Below are positions 12,876 through 26,104 of a stretch of DNA of 64,000 nucleotides, one piece after another. The stretch spans positions 1 through 64,000 of the forward strand of contig JAVKOQ020000099.1 of assembly GCA_031835245.2 (NCBI GenBank). The letters run 5' to 3'. The DNA is from Balamuthia mandrillaris. Lineage: Eukaryota. The notes beneath the pieces are model-generated. The model made no database searches, was not told where the DNA came from, and was given only the letters and a program-made list of their open reading frames with translations. A program made the position numbers and the translations under genes. The first letter of the stretch is position 1, and each line of letters opens with the position of its first letter.

Positions 12876-13699
12876 TGTTATTCTTAGGTATCTTTTGACA
12901 GTTGGTCATGTTGATGGAGGATAAACCCTGCAGATCAAGAAAGGGACAGCTCGTAAGCAACTCTGGGTTTATTCACAAGAAAAGAGGTGTGCTTTAAGTG
13001 TGTCACCAGGAAAAGTGGAAAATAAAAAGGGGTGGATAGTCTCTGTTCTATTGGCACTGTTGGATACTTAACACAATGTAATAGAGATATAGCTGTATGC
13101 TTAGTAATAGTGGCTCTATTATCGGGAGCAAGGGTGTAAAGAGCATTAAGTTATAAAGGTATTCCTTTTTGGTTTTTTTGACACTATTTTTTTTTTCTTT
13201 TCCAATTAGGCACCTCAGTATGTGTTCTTTCTTTAGGCATTTATACTTTTAATAAGAGCACAAACGAATTACAGCACTACTACTCAAGCTGATTGTTGTA
13301 TACCAGGAGAACAAAAGGAAAGAGACAGTGACAAATGGCTACATGCTCTTAAGCCTTTCTTTTGACTGAGTGGTAAATGAGTGGCAAACACTATATATTG
13401 CCTTTCCTTTCACTGACTTATCATTGCTTATAAAGAGAACAGGAGGAAAGAAAAGAGAGGAGAGGGATAAAAGCAGAAGGCCAGGGAGATAAGAGGAAGG
13501 GGAACAAGAACTACAGACACTGTGTGCATAGATTTTAGTAGCTACCTCAAAAGAAATGAAGAAAACAAAGTTTTCCCCCAAGGCAAAGGCAGGCTCAGAG
13601 AACCATCTAGAAAGATAACTTAACCAATAGTAAAAGGTTAATTGCTATAAACCAACATGTTGGTTTGGTTCCTTCATTAGGGATTTACAATTTTCAGCT

Positions 13700-15250
13700 T
13701 TTTGAGTCCTTCATTTCCATTGTCTATACTCCAGATTCTAAAACAATCTCTCCAAAGGTTTGGACATCTTAAGTATTGTGCTGTTACATCATCAGCATTG
13801 GCTTATCTCTTCAAGTAGTTAAAAGTGGCCATTTTGCTTCTCAGCATAACGAATTACTGCTTGCCTTTCCAATTCCCAGTAGGCCTTGATGGTTAACCAG
13901 CCCCAATCTGCTCTGTAAACCCCTGCCACAGTCCTTTGATGAACTTGCAATATTCTTGCTGTCTCATTTCCACAGCTTCAATCTTCTTTCACCATGATTT
14001 GAAAAGCTCTGTCATGCATAGTTCAGATGATAAGGTGAACTTGATGATAGCCTCTGCAGCAATCTGGCAGTGCATGTACTGAGGCTTTGAGCAATAGCTC
14101 TCCACTGCCTAGGGCTGTAGATGGCTTGCTGGCCTTGGTGATCCTCTCCTTGGCATGAGTTGTCCCCTCACCCTTTCTTCAAACCACAGTCCCAGGTACT
14201 TGACCTCCTTCACATGTTTCACAGTCTCTTCCTTAAGTCTCCATGGACATTGCACAAAAGAAGAGCAGAAAAGGCAGCAGTGGGCATCATTGCAGAGTAG
14301 TACTGTGATGATGAGTGTTATACATATAAACAGGCAGCTCTCTGAGGAATTTCTGGTAGAAAGAGGAGTTAAGCAAGGAGGAGTTTTGTCTTGTTATATA
14401 GTTAAGCGTGTCATATGCCTTGCTGATATCCAACAGAGCAACATAAGTATGCCTTGATTCATGATGAGCATCCAAGTTACATTATGCACATAGTTACCTC
14501 CAAACTTCATCATTTCCCATCAATATTGTCTACTTCAGCTGCTTTGCCCATCCTCAATCTTTTCCTTCATGCAAGATTAAAGCTCTTTTTCATAAGCCAA
14601 GATGATCCTTCTGGACCTGACAGTGTGAGTGTGTTCTCTCAATGCAAGCTCCCAATGGAAGAATCCTTCCTTCTTAGCTTTGCCCAATGTTCCTTGAAAG
14701 CTATCATGCTACCATGGTGCTCCATAATTGTTTGAGCTCTGCTTTACGCTTTGCCACTATTCTCTGCATGTTGCCAATCTTTTTCTGCATTTCCTTGATG
14801 TTCCCAAGTCTTCTCTACTTCATCCAGGTCCATTTGTTCTTCACAACTTTACAAACCTTTTTGTGAGTTCCACAATTTCCTCTCAAGCCTTTCCATCATT
14901 CTTTCCTTCTCATAGCCACTGAGCATAGGCTTTCATCACCTGCTTGTTCAAGGATGTTACCTCTGCTGTCTATCATTGCTTCCTTGCCCTACTTGTTAAT
15001 GCTTCTACAAGTCTCTTTTCTCTACCAAATCATTTCATTGCACTATTCCACAATTCTTTTTTCCACTTTCTCCAAAGATGTTCAACAGTAGCTGCTTTCT
15101 CACCAAGGTTATCCATTCCTCTCCTTTGCAGAAGTGCTTGCTCATGTTTTTGTACTTCCTTCACCACTTGCAATCTTCCTTCAATTAGGACTTCCACTTC
15201 TATCATTCCATCCAAACCCTGTTGCAATTATCTGCTGAATCCTTCCACTT
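13700..15250 (-). mobile_element. Degraded non-LTR retrotransposon (LINE) reverse-transcriptase region
   Basis: Minus strand: VALLDISKAYDTL (~14402-14450) and VKEVKYLGLWF (~14182-14215). Plus strand: GVKQGGVLS (~14365-14391, inverted segment). Many stops and frameshifts. Confidence 0.8.
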
Positions 15251-17000
15251 GACTATCATTCATCACCAGCTACCTTGTTAGCTCAGACCAGTAACACAAG
15301 AATACAAGAAAGTGAAACCAACTAACCAAGAATAGGCTTTTAATGAATGGAAAGTGTAATGACAGTGTGTGTGTTTATTTGTTACTTGTTCCTTGTCTAA
15401 GAGAAAAAGAAAGAGAGAAAAAGAAAAGAGAATATAAATGTTATATTACTCTCTCATAATACCTATCCCTATCTCTCCTTGTATATATATCTCTTTCGTT
15501 CATTCTTTTAAAGGTCTTTTCCCGATTGATTTGGTGTTTGTTAGGTTGTTTCCCTACCAGGCTTATCTCATAAAGAAAGAAAGAGACAAAAAGAATAAGA
15601 AAAAGAACCTATCAAGAAAAGCCATGTATCAGAAAGAAAAAAGGAAAGTTCCTAAGTTCCAAGACACAAGAGAGAAATCTACAGGAAACCACAAAAAGCT
15701 GACTAGGTGCTGATGTAAGCTGAGGAAGAACAAAGAAAAAAGCAACGCTTTGGTTATGTTAGCAGTTACCAACAATGCTGGAGTTCTAACAAGCTGTCCA
15801 AAGCCACTGTCCAATATTCTTTTCCTTTTCCTTCCTTTTTCCACATCTCTTTGCTCTTTAGGCTTTCACAGCATTTGCCTTCATTCTTGGCTTCCCTATG
15901 GCCTGGCTCTTTCCATAATATAGACAAAATTTGTTTCAGAATTTTTGATACTTCATTTGACCGCCAAAAACCACCAAGTGTGCAGGGTTTGTTCCTTTTT
16001 ATCTTCTTCATAGTTAACTGTTTTCTCAAATTAGTATAGTCCAAAACGTATTATTCAAAACAAAAACTAATAAACTGAAAGATGTTAACAGGAAGAAAAG
16101 AAAGAGAAAGGAGTAACAGAGCTAATATGTTAAGTGCAACAGAATGCCAGGAGCAAGCCAAGCCTATTCAAGGACAGCAAAAGCCATTTGAAGTCTTTTC
16201 ATTCATTCATCTGTATGTCTTTTATTGCCTCAGAATAAAGTACCACAGTCGCCTTATCCAGGAAATAAATGTAAGAATAAGGCCTTGCTAGCATCTTTCT
16301 TCTTTGACAACTACATTGGTTTCTTCAGCAATATGACAAAAAAGAGAAGAAGTTAAACAATGAAAGAATGGGAGTGAGTGCAGTGCAGTTTCAACAATTT
16401 AACCACTTCATCCTCCTCCTGCTCAAGAGTTAAATTGTGGGCTACTGCTAACATAACCAACTCTTTTTTCATTTCTTTCTTTGTTCCTTTCTCTTTTCTG
16501 TTTACAATCTCACATTAGCTTTCATTGATCTTTTGATACAAAGCCATTCCAAAGATCTTTCTCCTGCCTTCCCTGGAGCTTTCCTGAGCCTAGAACTTAA
16601 GAACAGAGAAACCAAAAAGTCACTCCTTTCTGAGCCTCTTTTTTTCCTTGGTTGCCTTCTCAATTATTTTTTGGCAACAAGAAAAGGTAGGGATTTCTTT
16701 TTCTGTCAACCTTCAATGTCATTTCTTTTCAATCTTGTGCAAAAAGCATGAAAGATTTCTAAGTATTTTGTCAAAGAGGAGATGACTTGACAGTTTGTGG
16801 TAGTTAGCCACTTACACTGGACAGACCACTGATTTCTGCCTCTGTTATTTTAATATGAGGAGTTTTGGGCAGTTTTTAAAGCAGTGTGACATTCCCTACC
16901 TAAGATAAACATTGCAGTCCAAGCCTGTAGAAGTGAACAAACCCAAGAATACATTTTTCTTTTTTCCTCTATGTCTTAGTGGAAAACTACACAAACATAC

Positions 17001-18100
17001 CTAGTAGTAGTATTGTAGTAGTAGTAATAAGAAGTTTATTTGCTCTAAGAGCAACACCACACTATACATAAAAAGTAAGCATTGTACATACATAGTGTAC
17101 TCTTACTTCTCTTACTCCCTCATCCTCAATGCCTTCCTAATTGTTATGTTAGTTCACAAGTGAAAGGTGTTGAATGAGCTTTCAGACTAACTTTGTATCA
17201 TCTAGCTATCCTTTTCTTCCCCTTTTCCTCTCTTATCATTTCCTTACTTTTACATTACTTCCAAAGATTGATAAAATGCAGAAGAACTTCCATACTTCCA
17301 ACTTGCTCTTGCTGCCCATAATCTCCAGACTTGTTTACAACTCTGCCTACAATGCTCCATCTCTTGAGCTTTGTTGCATTTCTTTCCACTTGACAGGAGC
17401 TTTGTTGTACAGTTTTCTATAATTAGCTTTCTACCTTGTTCTTCATCTCCATTGTTCACATTCCAGATTCTAAAACGATCTTACCAAAGATTTGGACATC
17501 TAAATAGGAAGTGTTCTGCAGTTTCTTCCTCAGCATTGCATACAGGGCACATACTGTCCTCTTCAGACTGCTGAATGGCTCCCCACTTTTTTCCAATGGG
17601 CAGTCCACCACAGTGAATAGCATTCATCAATCATTCCTTCCTTAGGTTGGCAATCACTAAGCTCCGTTGTTGTCCAACCAAACATCTTCCATTTGTCAAG
17701 AAGTTATGCCAAAGCCATGCTCTTGTTTCTCTTTCTCCTTCAACTGCATACTCTGCCTTGGCTACTCGAGTTAAGGTCCTCATCCTCTTGGCTTTCTTTT
17801 CAATGCTACTCATCCCTTCACTTCCCTCACCTTCTCTCTTCTCACCTTCCTCTTTCCTTGCTTGGCTTATCTCTTCCAGAAGCTCAAAGTGGCCATCTTG
17901 CCTCTCAGCATGGCGAATTACTGCTTGCCTTTCCAACCCACAGTAGGCCTTGATGGTCAACCAGCCCAATTCTGCTCTACAAACCCCTGCCACAGTCCTT
18001 TAATGAACTTGCAATACACTTCTTGCTGTCTCATTCCACACAGCTTTGATCTTCTTCCACCATGATTTGGAAAGCTCTGTCATGCAAAGTCCATATGACA
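17001..18100 (-). mobile_element. 5'-truncated LINE copy (ORF C-terminus, 3' UTR and (TAC)n tail)
   Basis: Shares the RAELGWLTIKAY region with 13850-14030. Ends on the minus strand in AATAAACTTCTTATTACTACTAC at ~17001-17042. Confidence 0.75.
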
Positions 18101-18639
18101 AGGTTTACTTTAAATCATTGCAAAGCCAAATGTAAGATCAATGGTCTGTGTTTATAACACATTGAAAAACTTCAGCTAGAAGAGAAGTCATGAATCAAGT
18201 GTGATGGTTGAAGAAATGTCTACATGCCTACTGACTTCAGCATGCTAAGAGGCAAAAGGCCAGCCATGTTTCATAGTATTGATGGTTCAAAGTAGTGGTG
18301 GGCGTATATTTTCATAAAGCAAAGTTGGTATATAAGAGTTTCTATTAAAGAAGTGCAAGAGTGTAACACAGAAAAAAGGTCAGAAAGAAATAGCATTTCT
18401 AGTAAACCAACAACACCTCATGAAACATACCCAAAGAACACCTTATTCAAAATAGCAATAAAGGAAGATTTTAACAATAAATGCTCTAAAACTGAAACTT
18501 GCTCAAGTAATATTTAAGGTATTGAGCCAAACTAGTTTAAAATGTAATATTAGCATGCAGGTTTCTCTTCTGAGCAACATGGTTGCAGTCTTCAGCAGTA
18601 AAAGATTATTTGGCAGTCTTTAGAAGCAATGGGCATTGC

Positions 18640-19100
18640 ATATAAGACTAGATAAGGTGAAGAGGGGCAGAGGCATTAAAAAAGCCTTGCACGTTGGAGA
18701 TAATACTGCAAGTAGTAGGGATTGGGTATGTAAGGGCCATGAAGAGCTTGTTTTGGAGGCGCAGGTCATGCAAATATGCCTGGGTGATTTTGCCATCAGC
18801 ATCCTTCCTTGGGTACAATGGTGAAAGGAAAGTTCCAGCGACTGTCAGGTGGGGCAAGCATGATGATGTCAGTATGCAGCCATTCCGCCACTTGCAGATT
18901 GATGATAAGCATCAAATGGTGTAGAATGGGGTATTGGTGGCAACAAACAGGAGAACTCCAGTGTCCAGATGGAGAACTGCTTTAAGGAGAGTACATGAGG
19001 GTCCTGTCAGCAAAGCCTTATTGGAGGTATTTCTTGATGGCTTCAAGAATACACTTGCAGATGTGTTCTTTGACAGCTTTCACCAAACATTGATATTGGC
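18640..19100 (-). mobile_element. Degraded LTR-type (Ty3/Gypsy- or DIRS-like) reverse-transcriptase N-terminal fragment
   Basis: FLSPLYPRKDADGKITQAYLHDLRLQNKLFMALTYPIPT resembles SP..KKDG..R..D.R.LN....YPLP of RT domains 1-2. Confidence 0.45.
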
Positions 19101-20154
19101 ATTAGGTGATGTCATTGTCCTTGAAGCAGGGTAATGGTTCCTCAGGGTAGTTGATTGGAATGTGTGTTATGCCTATACTGGACTTGTGCATGAAGTGGAT
19201 GATCAATTGACTGTCTAGTTGAGGCAACATGTCATGGAAATAATGTTCACTTGGAACAGCAACAGAAGCCAATGGCCAGTGGCTCTGTTTTGGCATGTAG
19301 CAGTGGTTTCATGGTTTCCAAGTTTGATTATCTAGTTGGCTTGCTTGGTTTTGGCACAAACTAAGTCAACAATAAAAGGGTCCATGAACTAACATAACAA
19401 TTGGGAAGGCATTGAGGATGAGGGAGTAAGAGAAGTAAAAGTACACTATGTATGTACAATGCTTACTTTTTATGTATAGGTTGTGCTCATTTCAGTTGCA
19501 GCAGTGTTGACATTGTAGGAGCAGAAGATGGGGCTGGTGTAGCAGATGTTGCTGGAGCAGACTGCTGTTGTAACCTGCAGGCCTTTTTTTGGCAGTGATC
19601 TTCCATGTGGTTGCATATTTTGCAGTGTGCACAAACAGCACCCATTGTGTGAGGTACTGGTGATTGCTGTTGAGGTGATTTGCTATGACCTTTATCTTTT
19701 GAAGGAGGTTGGGAAATCTCTAATTCAATGAGGACTGTGAGCTTGTAAGCAGCAATGACATCTTGTGGCTTGTTGTGAAGAGTCTAATGCTTGTACTTGA
19801 TGTGAGGAAGAAGGGTTTGTCCAAAGAAAAAGGCTTTGAGGTAGTCATAGAAGATGTCAGGAAGATGACTACAGAGTACAGTGTACCAATCAATGAGCTG
19901 ATAAACTATAGATACATGGCCATACTTGATCATTGGAGGGGCTATTCTCCAAAGACATATGATGGACACTGGGTTTTGGACAACAGAGAGCACTTTGATA
20001 GCAAGTGAAAGGGAGCTATTATTGTGGCTGATTGTCACTTTTGTCTCCTCCCAAAAGACACATTTGACAAAATCAAGATAAATAACACCTGAGCCAAAGA
20101 AGAACAACACCAGACCAAGGCTTATTGTCTTCATTCCTCTTGTATTCTTTTTTT

Positions 20155-20860
20155 GTTGCTGCTATGGCATAGTACAAAAAAAGAGATTGAAGGGAAAAGC
20201 TAAGCAGGAGCATAGCTTTGGCATAACCTCTTGACTTATGGAAGTTGGACAACAATAGAGCTTCGTGATTACCAACCCAAGGAAAGAATGATTGATGAAT
20301 GCTATTGGAAAAAAGTGGAGAGCCATTCCGCAGTCTGAAGAGAACAGTAAGTGCCGTGCATGCAATGCTGAGGAAGAAACAGCAGAACACTTCCTATTTA
20401 GATGTTCAAATCCCTGGGAAGATCGTTTTAGAATCTGGAATGTATGGAGATGAAGAACAAGTCAGAAAGCTAATTATAGAAGACTATACAACAAAGCTCC
20501 TGTCAAGTGGAAAGAAATGCAATGTAAGCAAAGTTGTAAATGAGTCTAGAGATTATAGGCAGTAAGAGCAAGTGTAAGTATGGAAGTTCAGCTGCCTTTT
20601 ATCAATCTTTGGAAGTAATGTAATCGTAAGGAAAAGATAAGAAAGAAAAGGAGAAAGAAAAGGATTGCTATATGATATGAAACTAGTCTAAAAGCTCATT
20701 CAAAACCATTCACTTGTGAATTAAAAACAATTAGGAAGGCATGAGGGTGAAAGAGTAAAAGAAGTAAGAGTACACTATGTATGTACAATGCTTACTTTTT
20801 ATATATAGTGTGGCATTGCTCTTAGAGCAAATAAACTTCTTATTACTACTACTACAATAT
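20155..20860 (+). mobile_element. 5'-truncated LINE copy of the same family, opposite orientation
   Basis: Reverse-complement match to ~17010-17760. Ends GCAAATAAACTTCTTATTACTACTACTAC. Confidence 0.75.
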
Positions 20861-21204
20861 GGTTAGCCCTTGTTGGCCAGGTAAATAAGAAAAAAAGTTA
20901 GAGAGTTAGGACGTTGTTTGAACCCAATAGCTCAGCTATTGACAACTACCAACTTAACTCTTTCGTTGTTCCTTTCTTCTTTTTTGTTTACACAAGCTTA
21001 TGTACTGCTATCAAGCTTTTCAAACAGAAGAACAACAGAGCACCTAGAAAAAAACAAAAACTTGTTTTCTTCATTTCATCAAAAACACCTAACTCTTGTT
21101 TCATTGTTTCTTTCTTGGTTTTATCTCTGCTGGCAGGATATTTGCTCCAGAAATCTGCCCTTTTTATTTGAAAAACTTTATAACCTGCACTGTTAATAGA
21201 AAGC

Positions 21205-21838
21205 CTCATGTTGATGAAGGATAGACCCTGCAGATTAAGAAAGGGATGGCATGTAAGCAACTCTGCGTTTATTCACAAGAAAAAGAGATATGGATCAAAG
21301 TGTATGTTTTGAATGTATTGTGATAAGAGAATTTGGAGTATCCAGGAAAAATGTAGACAGGTAATCATGATGAAGTAAATTGTTGGTTTAACCAACACTT
21401 GCTTGTCATGCCAGTAATAGTTGGCTTGTTTTGGATAAGCATGATTTTGAAAATGGGCAGTGTAATAGGAAAAACCTCTAATATCAGCATGATTATGTGC
21501 TCTTTTCTCTTTCCTCTTTGCTATTGGCTTTCTTGATCAGTACCCAGATATTTGCTATTTCTACTGGAAAAGGGTGGATAAAAACAGTAACAAATATCCA
21601 CAGATATTTTAACTATCCTGCTGGCAAATGTTGGAAAACCAACAATTCACATCATTATGACTTCCTGTCAACACTTTGCCTGGATACCCAAATTTTCTCA
21701 CCCCTTTTTATTTTCCCTTTTTCCTGGCAACACACTCAAAGCACACACTTTGGTCCACACCTCTTTTCTTGTGAATAAACCCAGAGTCACTTACATGCTG
21801 TCCCTTTCTTGATCTGCAGGGTTTATCCCCCATCAACA
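21205..21838. repeat. ~90-bp dispersed repeat, three copies (12905-12990 +, 21205-21290 +, 21755-21838 -)
   Basis: Shared TGTTGATG..GGATA.ACCCTGCAGAT.AAGAAAGGGA..GC..GTAAG..ACTCTG.GTTTATTCACAAGAAAA. Confidence 0.8.
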
Positions 21839-22159
21839 CAAAGATGCGATTTCTAACACAGAAAAAAGATAATAAAGAGCAAAAGAAACTTTACTATTTA
21901 TATAGCCTGTTAATGTCAGTAACCAAAATAAATTAAATGAATAAAAGAGAAAAAGCTGTCCTCCTATTCAACATAGCAATTGATTGGCCAGTCAATAAAA
22001 CAATAAAAAAGAGAGAAAAGGAGCAATAGTGCTAGCAATAAAAGAAGGCTTTGCCAACATTAATACGTTAACTTTATTAAATGACAAAGATCCTGACTTT
22101 TTGTTAAAATGTTCAAATCTTTGGAAAGATATTATTAACTATTTGCAACCCTTAACTCA

Positions 22160-23115
22160 TGCAGATTATGCAGCTGAAGAAGAAAGCAGAACAAGAGCAT
22201 GGCTGTAGTATTACCTCTTAACAAACAGAAGATGTGTGATAATAAGGCCAGTAGGAGAAGTACATAACAAACACCAACTCAATGGGCATAGGGAAAAGAC
22301 CTTTAATAGAATGAAAGAAAGAAATCTATGTACAAGGAGATAGGGTAGTTCTTTTGCATTCCATCATTCTTTAGAAGTAATGTAAAATTTAGAAAAAGAG
22401 GACATTCAACACCTTTCACTTATGAACTAACATAACAATTGGGAAGGCATTGAGGATGAGGGAGTAAGAGAAGTAAGAGTACACTATGTATGTACAATGC
22501 TTACTTTTTATGTATAGTGTGGTGTTGCTCTTAGAGCAAATAAACTTCTTATTACTACTACTACTAGAAAAAGAGGAAAAAGGAAAGAAAAAAAGAGGAG
22601 ATATAGTGCAAAGGTGAAAGCTCATTCAACACCTTTCACTTGTCATAGTGCACAATTGGGAAGGATGAGAGAGTAAGAGAAATAAGAGTACACTAAGTCC
22701 CAGGTTTGAGCCCTGTTTGTGGAATCAACCTTCTGTAGAAGGCAAACAGCAGTGTACTCTAAGGCAACGTCAGAGATCCCTCCTGTTGTCTTTCTTCTTT
22801 CTTTCAGAATAAACTTTATTCTGATCACTTGTCCCTATCTTTTTTTTTAAAATTGAGCCAACAACTTCACTCAACAACTTCACACTTATCTGCTCCCATC
22901 TCTTCCCTCCTCCTACCCCATCCCTCGCTCAACATACTTATTCTCAAGTGGAAAGAAATGCAATAGAGCCAAAGCAAGTGAATAGAAAAAGCGAGTAGCA
23001 GGACAAGGGAGGTATAAGGGGATCTAAAAGCTCGTTCAACACCTTTCACTTGTTTATCCTTGCAGCAATTGGAAAGGCATCAAGAATGAGAGAGTAAGAG
23101 AAGCAGGGTACGCTA
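22160..23115 (+). repeat. Cluster of LINE 3'-end fragments of the same family
   Basis: Recurrent CAACACCTTTCACTT..CAATTGGGAAGG..GAGTAAGAGAAGTAAGAGTACACTA blocks at ~22405, ~22625 and ~23035. AATAAA plus (TAC)n tail at ~22540-22566. Confidence 0.7.
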
Positions 23116-23158
23116 TTACTATTGAGGATGTGCTGGTGCTTGATGAGCTGCCATCCCA

Positions 23159-25275
23159 CTAATCACCTTCCTGCAAAAGACTGCTTGTGGAGGAGCTGGC
23201 AGTTTGGTGGTAGCCATGATCCATGCTTGTTGCTGTGTGGTGATGATCAGCGAGAAGGCCCTCTGCCTCCTCTTGCGCCTTCTCACGGGTACGCCTCTTT
23301 TGCCTTTCGCGTTCCTGTGCCCTAAGCAAGTTGCGGTACTTATCTTTTAAATCTACAGTTGTTCGGCGAGAGTGAAAAGTAAAGTTTTGGCGAATGGCTG
23401 CCCAATTTCCAGCCCCATACTTTTTGACGCCTTGCATCAAATTTTCGACTTCTGAATCGGTCCAAAACAATCGTTCTGATGGATTAAAAGTCACAAGTAA
23501 GTAAACCCACAAATGAATGTTCTTGCGAGAGTGTGGTGACGGGATGGGTCAGAAGGCTAAATAATCGCCCGCCCACCTCTCATCAGCACACCCTAGTGGC
23601 ACAAAGAGGGCAAGGCCGTGAAAACTCCCACAGGGAAATAAAATAGAAATGCGAATTCCACTTACCTGTCTTTGACCCCCCTCCACCACTACTGCCACCG
23701 CCACTGACTCGCCTTTTCTTGACGGTGCTGGGTTGGCTTGTAATTGCTTCACCCTCATTGGTATCGTCAATACTTCGTCTGGGTTGCTTTTGAAGTTCTG
23801 GTCCTGTGATAATGTACAAGCGTTAAAAGAAAAAGGCAGAAAATTCACAAATATTAGGGCGTAGGCACGAACGTTCAAAGTCACTTGGGGAGCTTTGTGT
23901 GTCCCATGATGGTGCTGCAGCTGGGGCAGTGCTGGCTGACTCGGTTACGGTCTCCTTCCGAGTGAGGCTTTCTTCAAGTAAACGGAGAGGGTCATTTTCC
24001 AAAGCTCTAGTTCTGAGGACAAGTGGCGGTCAGTGCGTTATACCATTGTATACTAGCCGGGCATCAGTGGACTTACCGAAGGCGGGCAGAGCTCTGTGAT
24101 AAAACCTGAGCTTGCAGCTCTGCCTCTATTTCCTTTTGTTTTTCACTCATCGGCTTAGCTCGCGCTGAGAGTGATAATCGGCCAGAGGAAGCAGGCGTGA
24201 TGTTGCTTGGTAAGTCATGCGCAACAAGGAACTCTCGCACTTCAAGATCTGTTTGCTTGAGGATGCCTTGGAACTCTTGTTCAGTTCCAGTAAATAGCTT
24301 TCGTAAAATGCTTGCTTTAATTCTGTAAGATTACAGGATAAAACCATGAGTATTGGTGCAACGTGTGGATAGAAGGGAAGGCTAACAACCTGGGTCCTTG
24401 CTTTTTTGGCAAGTAGAGCCCTGACTTCATGTCTTCTGCGAGCTGTAGGCCAACCGGTTAGTTCTACCTAATCTGACATGGCCCAATGGTGAATTAGCTA
24501 GAAAGTACTCACCAAGTCCAGCAAGGGTGGCTCGGCTTCCTCCTTGAGAGGAGTAACGAAATCCTTGAACTTGGCCTGGAATACAGAAAGTGGATGTCTG
24601 CTGTGGACTTTCTTGATGATAGACTTGGTCTCGGCAGGGGTCATTGCAGCTCGTAATGCCTCGTAGATAGACTCCATTTCTTGACGCAGCTTTGCATAGT
24701 TTTCAGCAGTGAGCTCCATATGAGACTCTGGTCTTTCCTCAGGAAGCATTTCCTCTATTGACAGCCGCAAAGCCTCCAAGTCGATAGGTTTGTCCTCGCT
24801 GACGTGATGTAAAATGGCCTATTGGTTTGAGTGTATGTAAGCGGAGGAGATAAAAACTATGATAGCCTCGTCCAAGACAAAAAAAAGAGGACAAGTGGGG
24901 GGGCTTGGCAAACCAGTGCTTTTAACTCAAAAAAAATTTCTTGGTAGGTGTCATAGCGCCCCCCTTCTTTCAGGTACTCCTCTGAAACAATATCTTCAAA
25001 GAACTGAACGCACTCTCCAAAGCTTGCTGTCTTGCCCTCCGCTACAATGCCTTGCATGGTGTGCAGCAGCAACCTCCATGACAGAGAGCTGCTTATGTCT
25101 TCTTCCGAGAGAACTAGGAAGAACCAGCGTCAAACCACCAAAGCAACACGCAAAAAGCACAAAAAACAAAATACCCACCCTCAAGGCTATAAAGGAGGTG
25201 GACCAAGGTGCTGCAATTCTTGGCGCAAGCATACTCCATGATCCAGTGCCAGGGATTCGCCAGTGTTCCTTCCAT
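23159..25275 (-). CDS. Telomere repeat-binding factor-like protein (C-terminal telobox Myb domain), multi-exon
   Basis: Last exon WTDSEVENLMQGVKKYGAGNWAAI...RTTVDLKDKYRNL (telobox). Helical N-terminal exons start MEGTLANPWHWIMEY. Confidence 0.85.
23484..23613 (-). ncRNA. Structured ~130-nt element in a TRF-like gene intron; candidate omegaRNA/right end of a second Fanzor family (copy A)
   Basis: Homologous to 49854-49983, with conserved hairpins, a compensatory pair and a shared GTGACTTTTAA end. Confidence 0.5.
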
Positions 25276-26000
25276 CTTCCTTCTGCAGGAGGGGCGATCA
25301 TGGTGCGTGAGCGAGAAGGCACGTCAAGCAAGAACGACTCGGGAGCATGAAAAAAAAATGCTCTTGGGTGCGGCGCACCACGTACCCTTGTTTTTGTAAA
25401 CCCTAGCGGAGAACAAGGGCGCCCTAACCTCTACGCGTTAACCTTGTTGTTGTTTGCCCTTGCTTGTGGCGCTTTGCTGCCCTCCTCCTCCTCCCCCTAT
25501 TATTTGTGGTGCTGCGGGGGGGGTGTGGGGTGGGCAAACGGCTACGAGACTACGAGAGAGATAGCCGTTTTTTTTGCCCGCTCTTTCCCGATTGGAGAAC
25601 CGATGCCAGCATCAGCTTCGAGTCGACATGAAATATGATAAAAGGGCTATGCCCCTCCTGCTGGTGTCACCTTTGCGCTGACCCTCAAGGGCGGCGTAAG
25701 GGCAGAGCAGAAAATAAGGGCTAGGTGCACCACCACCGGGACTTTGAGTGACGAGTTTAACCTTACGCCCAAGTACTTGTACAAGGAGGTTGTTGTTCTG
25801 CTTGAACTTACGTTGTAGGCTACCATCCCCTTTGGAGGCTCTCAAGCTGTCTAGAGGTGCAACGGCTGCGGCGTCGGTTGTTGGACACCAAGCAACCTCC
25901 CCGGCTGCATATCTTGTTTTTCAGGCCCTGAACTCAGGACCCACGCTTCTTCTTCTTGCTATCTTCTCCTGGCAGACCTACCCTATCCTAGCTGTACAAT

Positions 26001-26066
26001 ATGTTTTTAGAAAGGGTTGCTTCGTTGGGCTTACTCCACCATGCCCCTGGTTGGTTTCCACCCTTT

Positions 26067-26104
<38 letters not shown>

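Noticed and set aside
17001..23115. Recurrent ~100-150 bp repeats considered as a CRISPR-like array
   Set aside because: Irregular spacing, both orientations and variable truncation; they are LINE 3' ends.
23484..23613. Hammerhead ribozyme, SECIS, or C/D or H/ACA snoRNA readings of the intronic element (CUGAUGA, ACA and AUUUGUG motifs)
   Set aside because: CUGAUGA and ACA are not conserved in the second copy, and no matching GAAA core or box pair is found. The Sm-like motif alone is insufficient.
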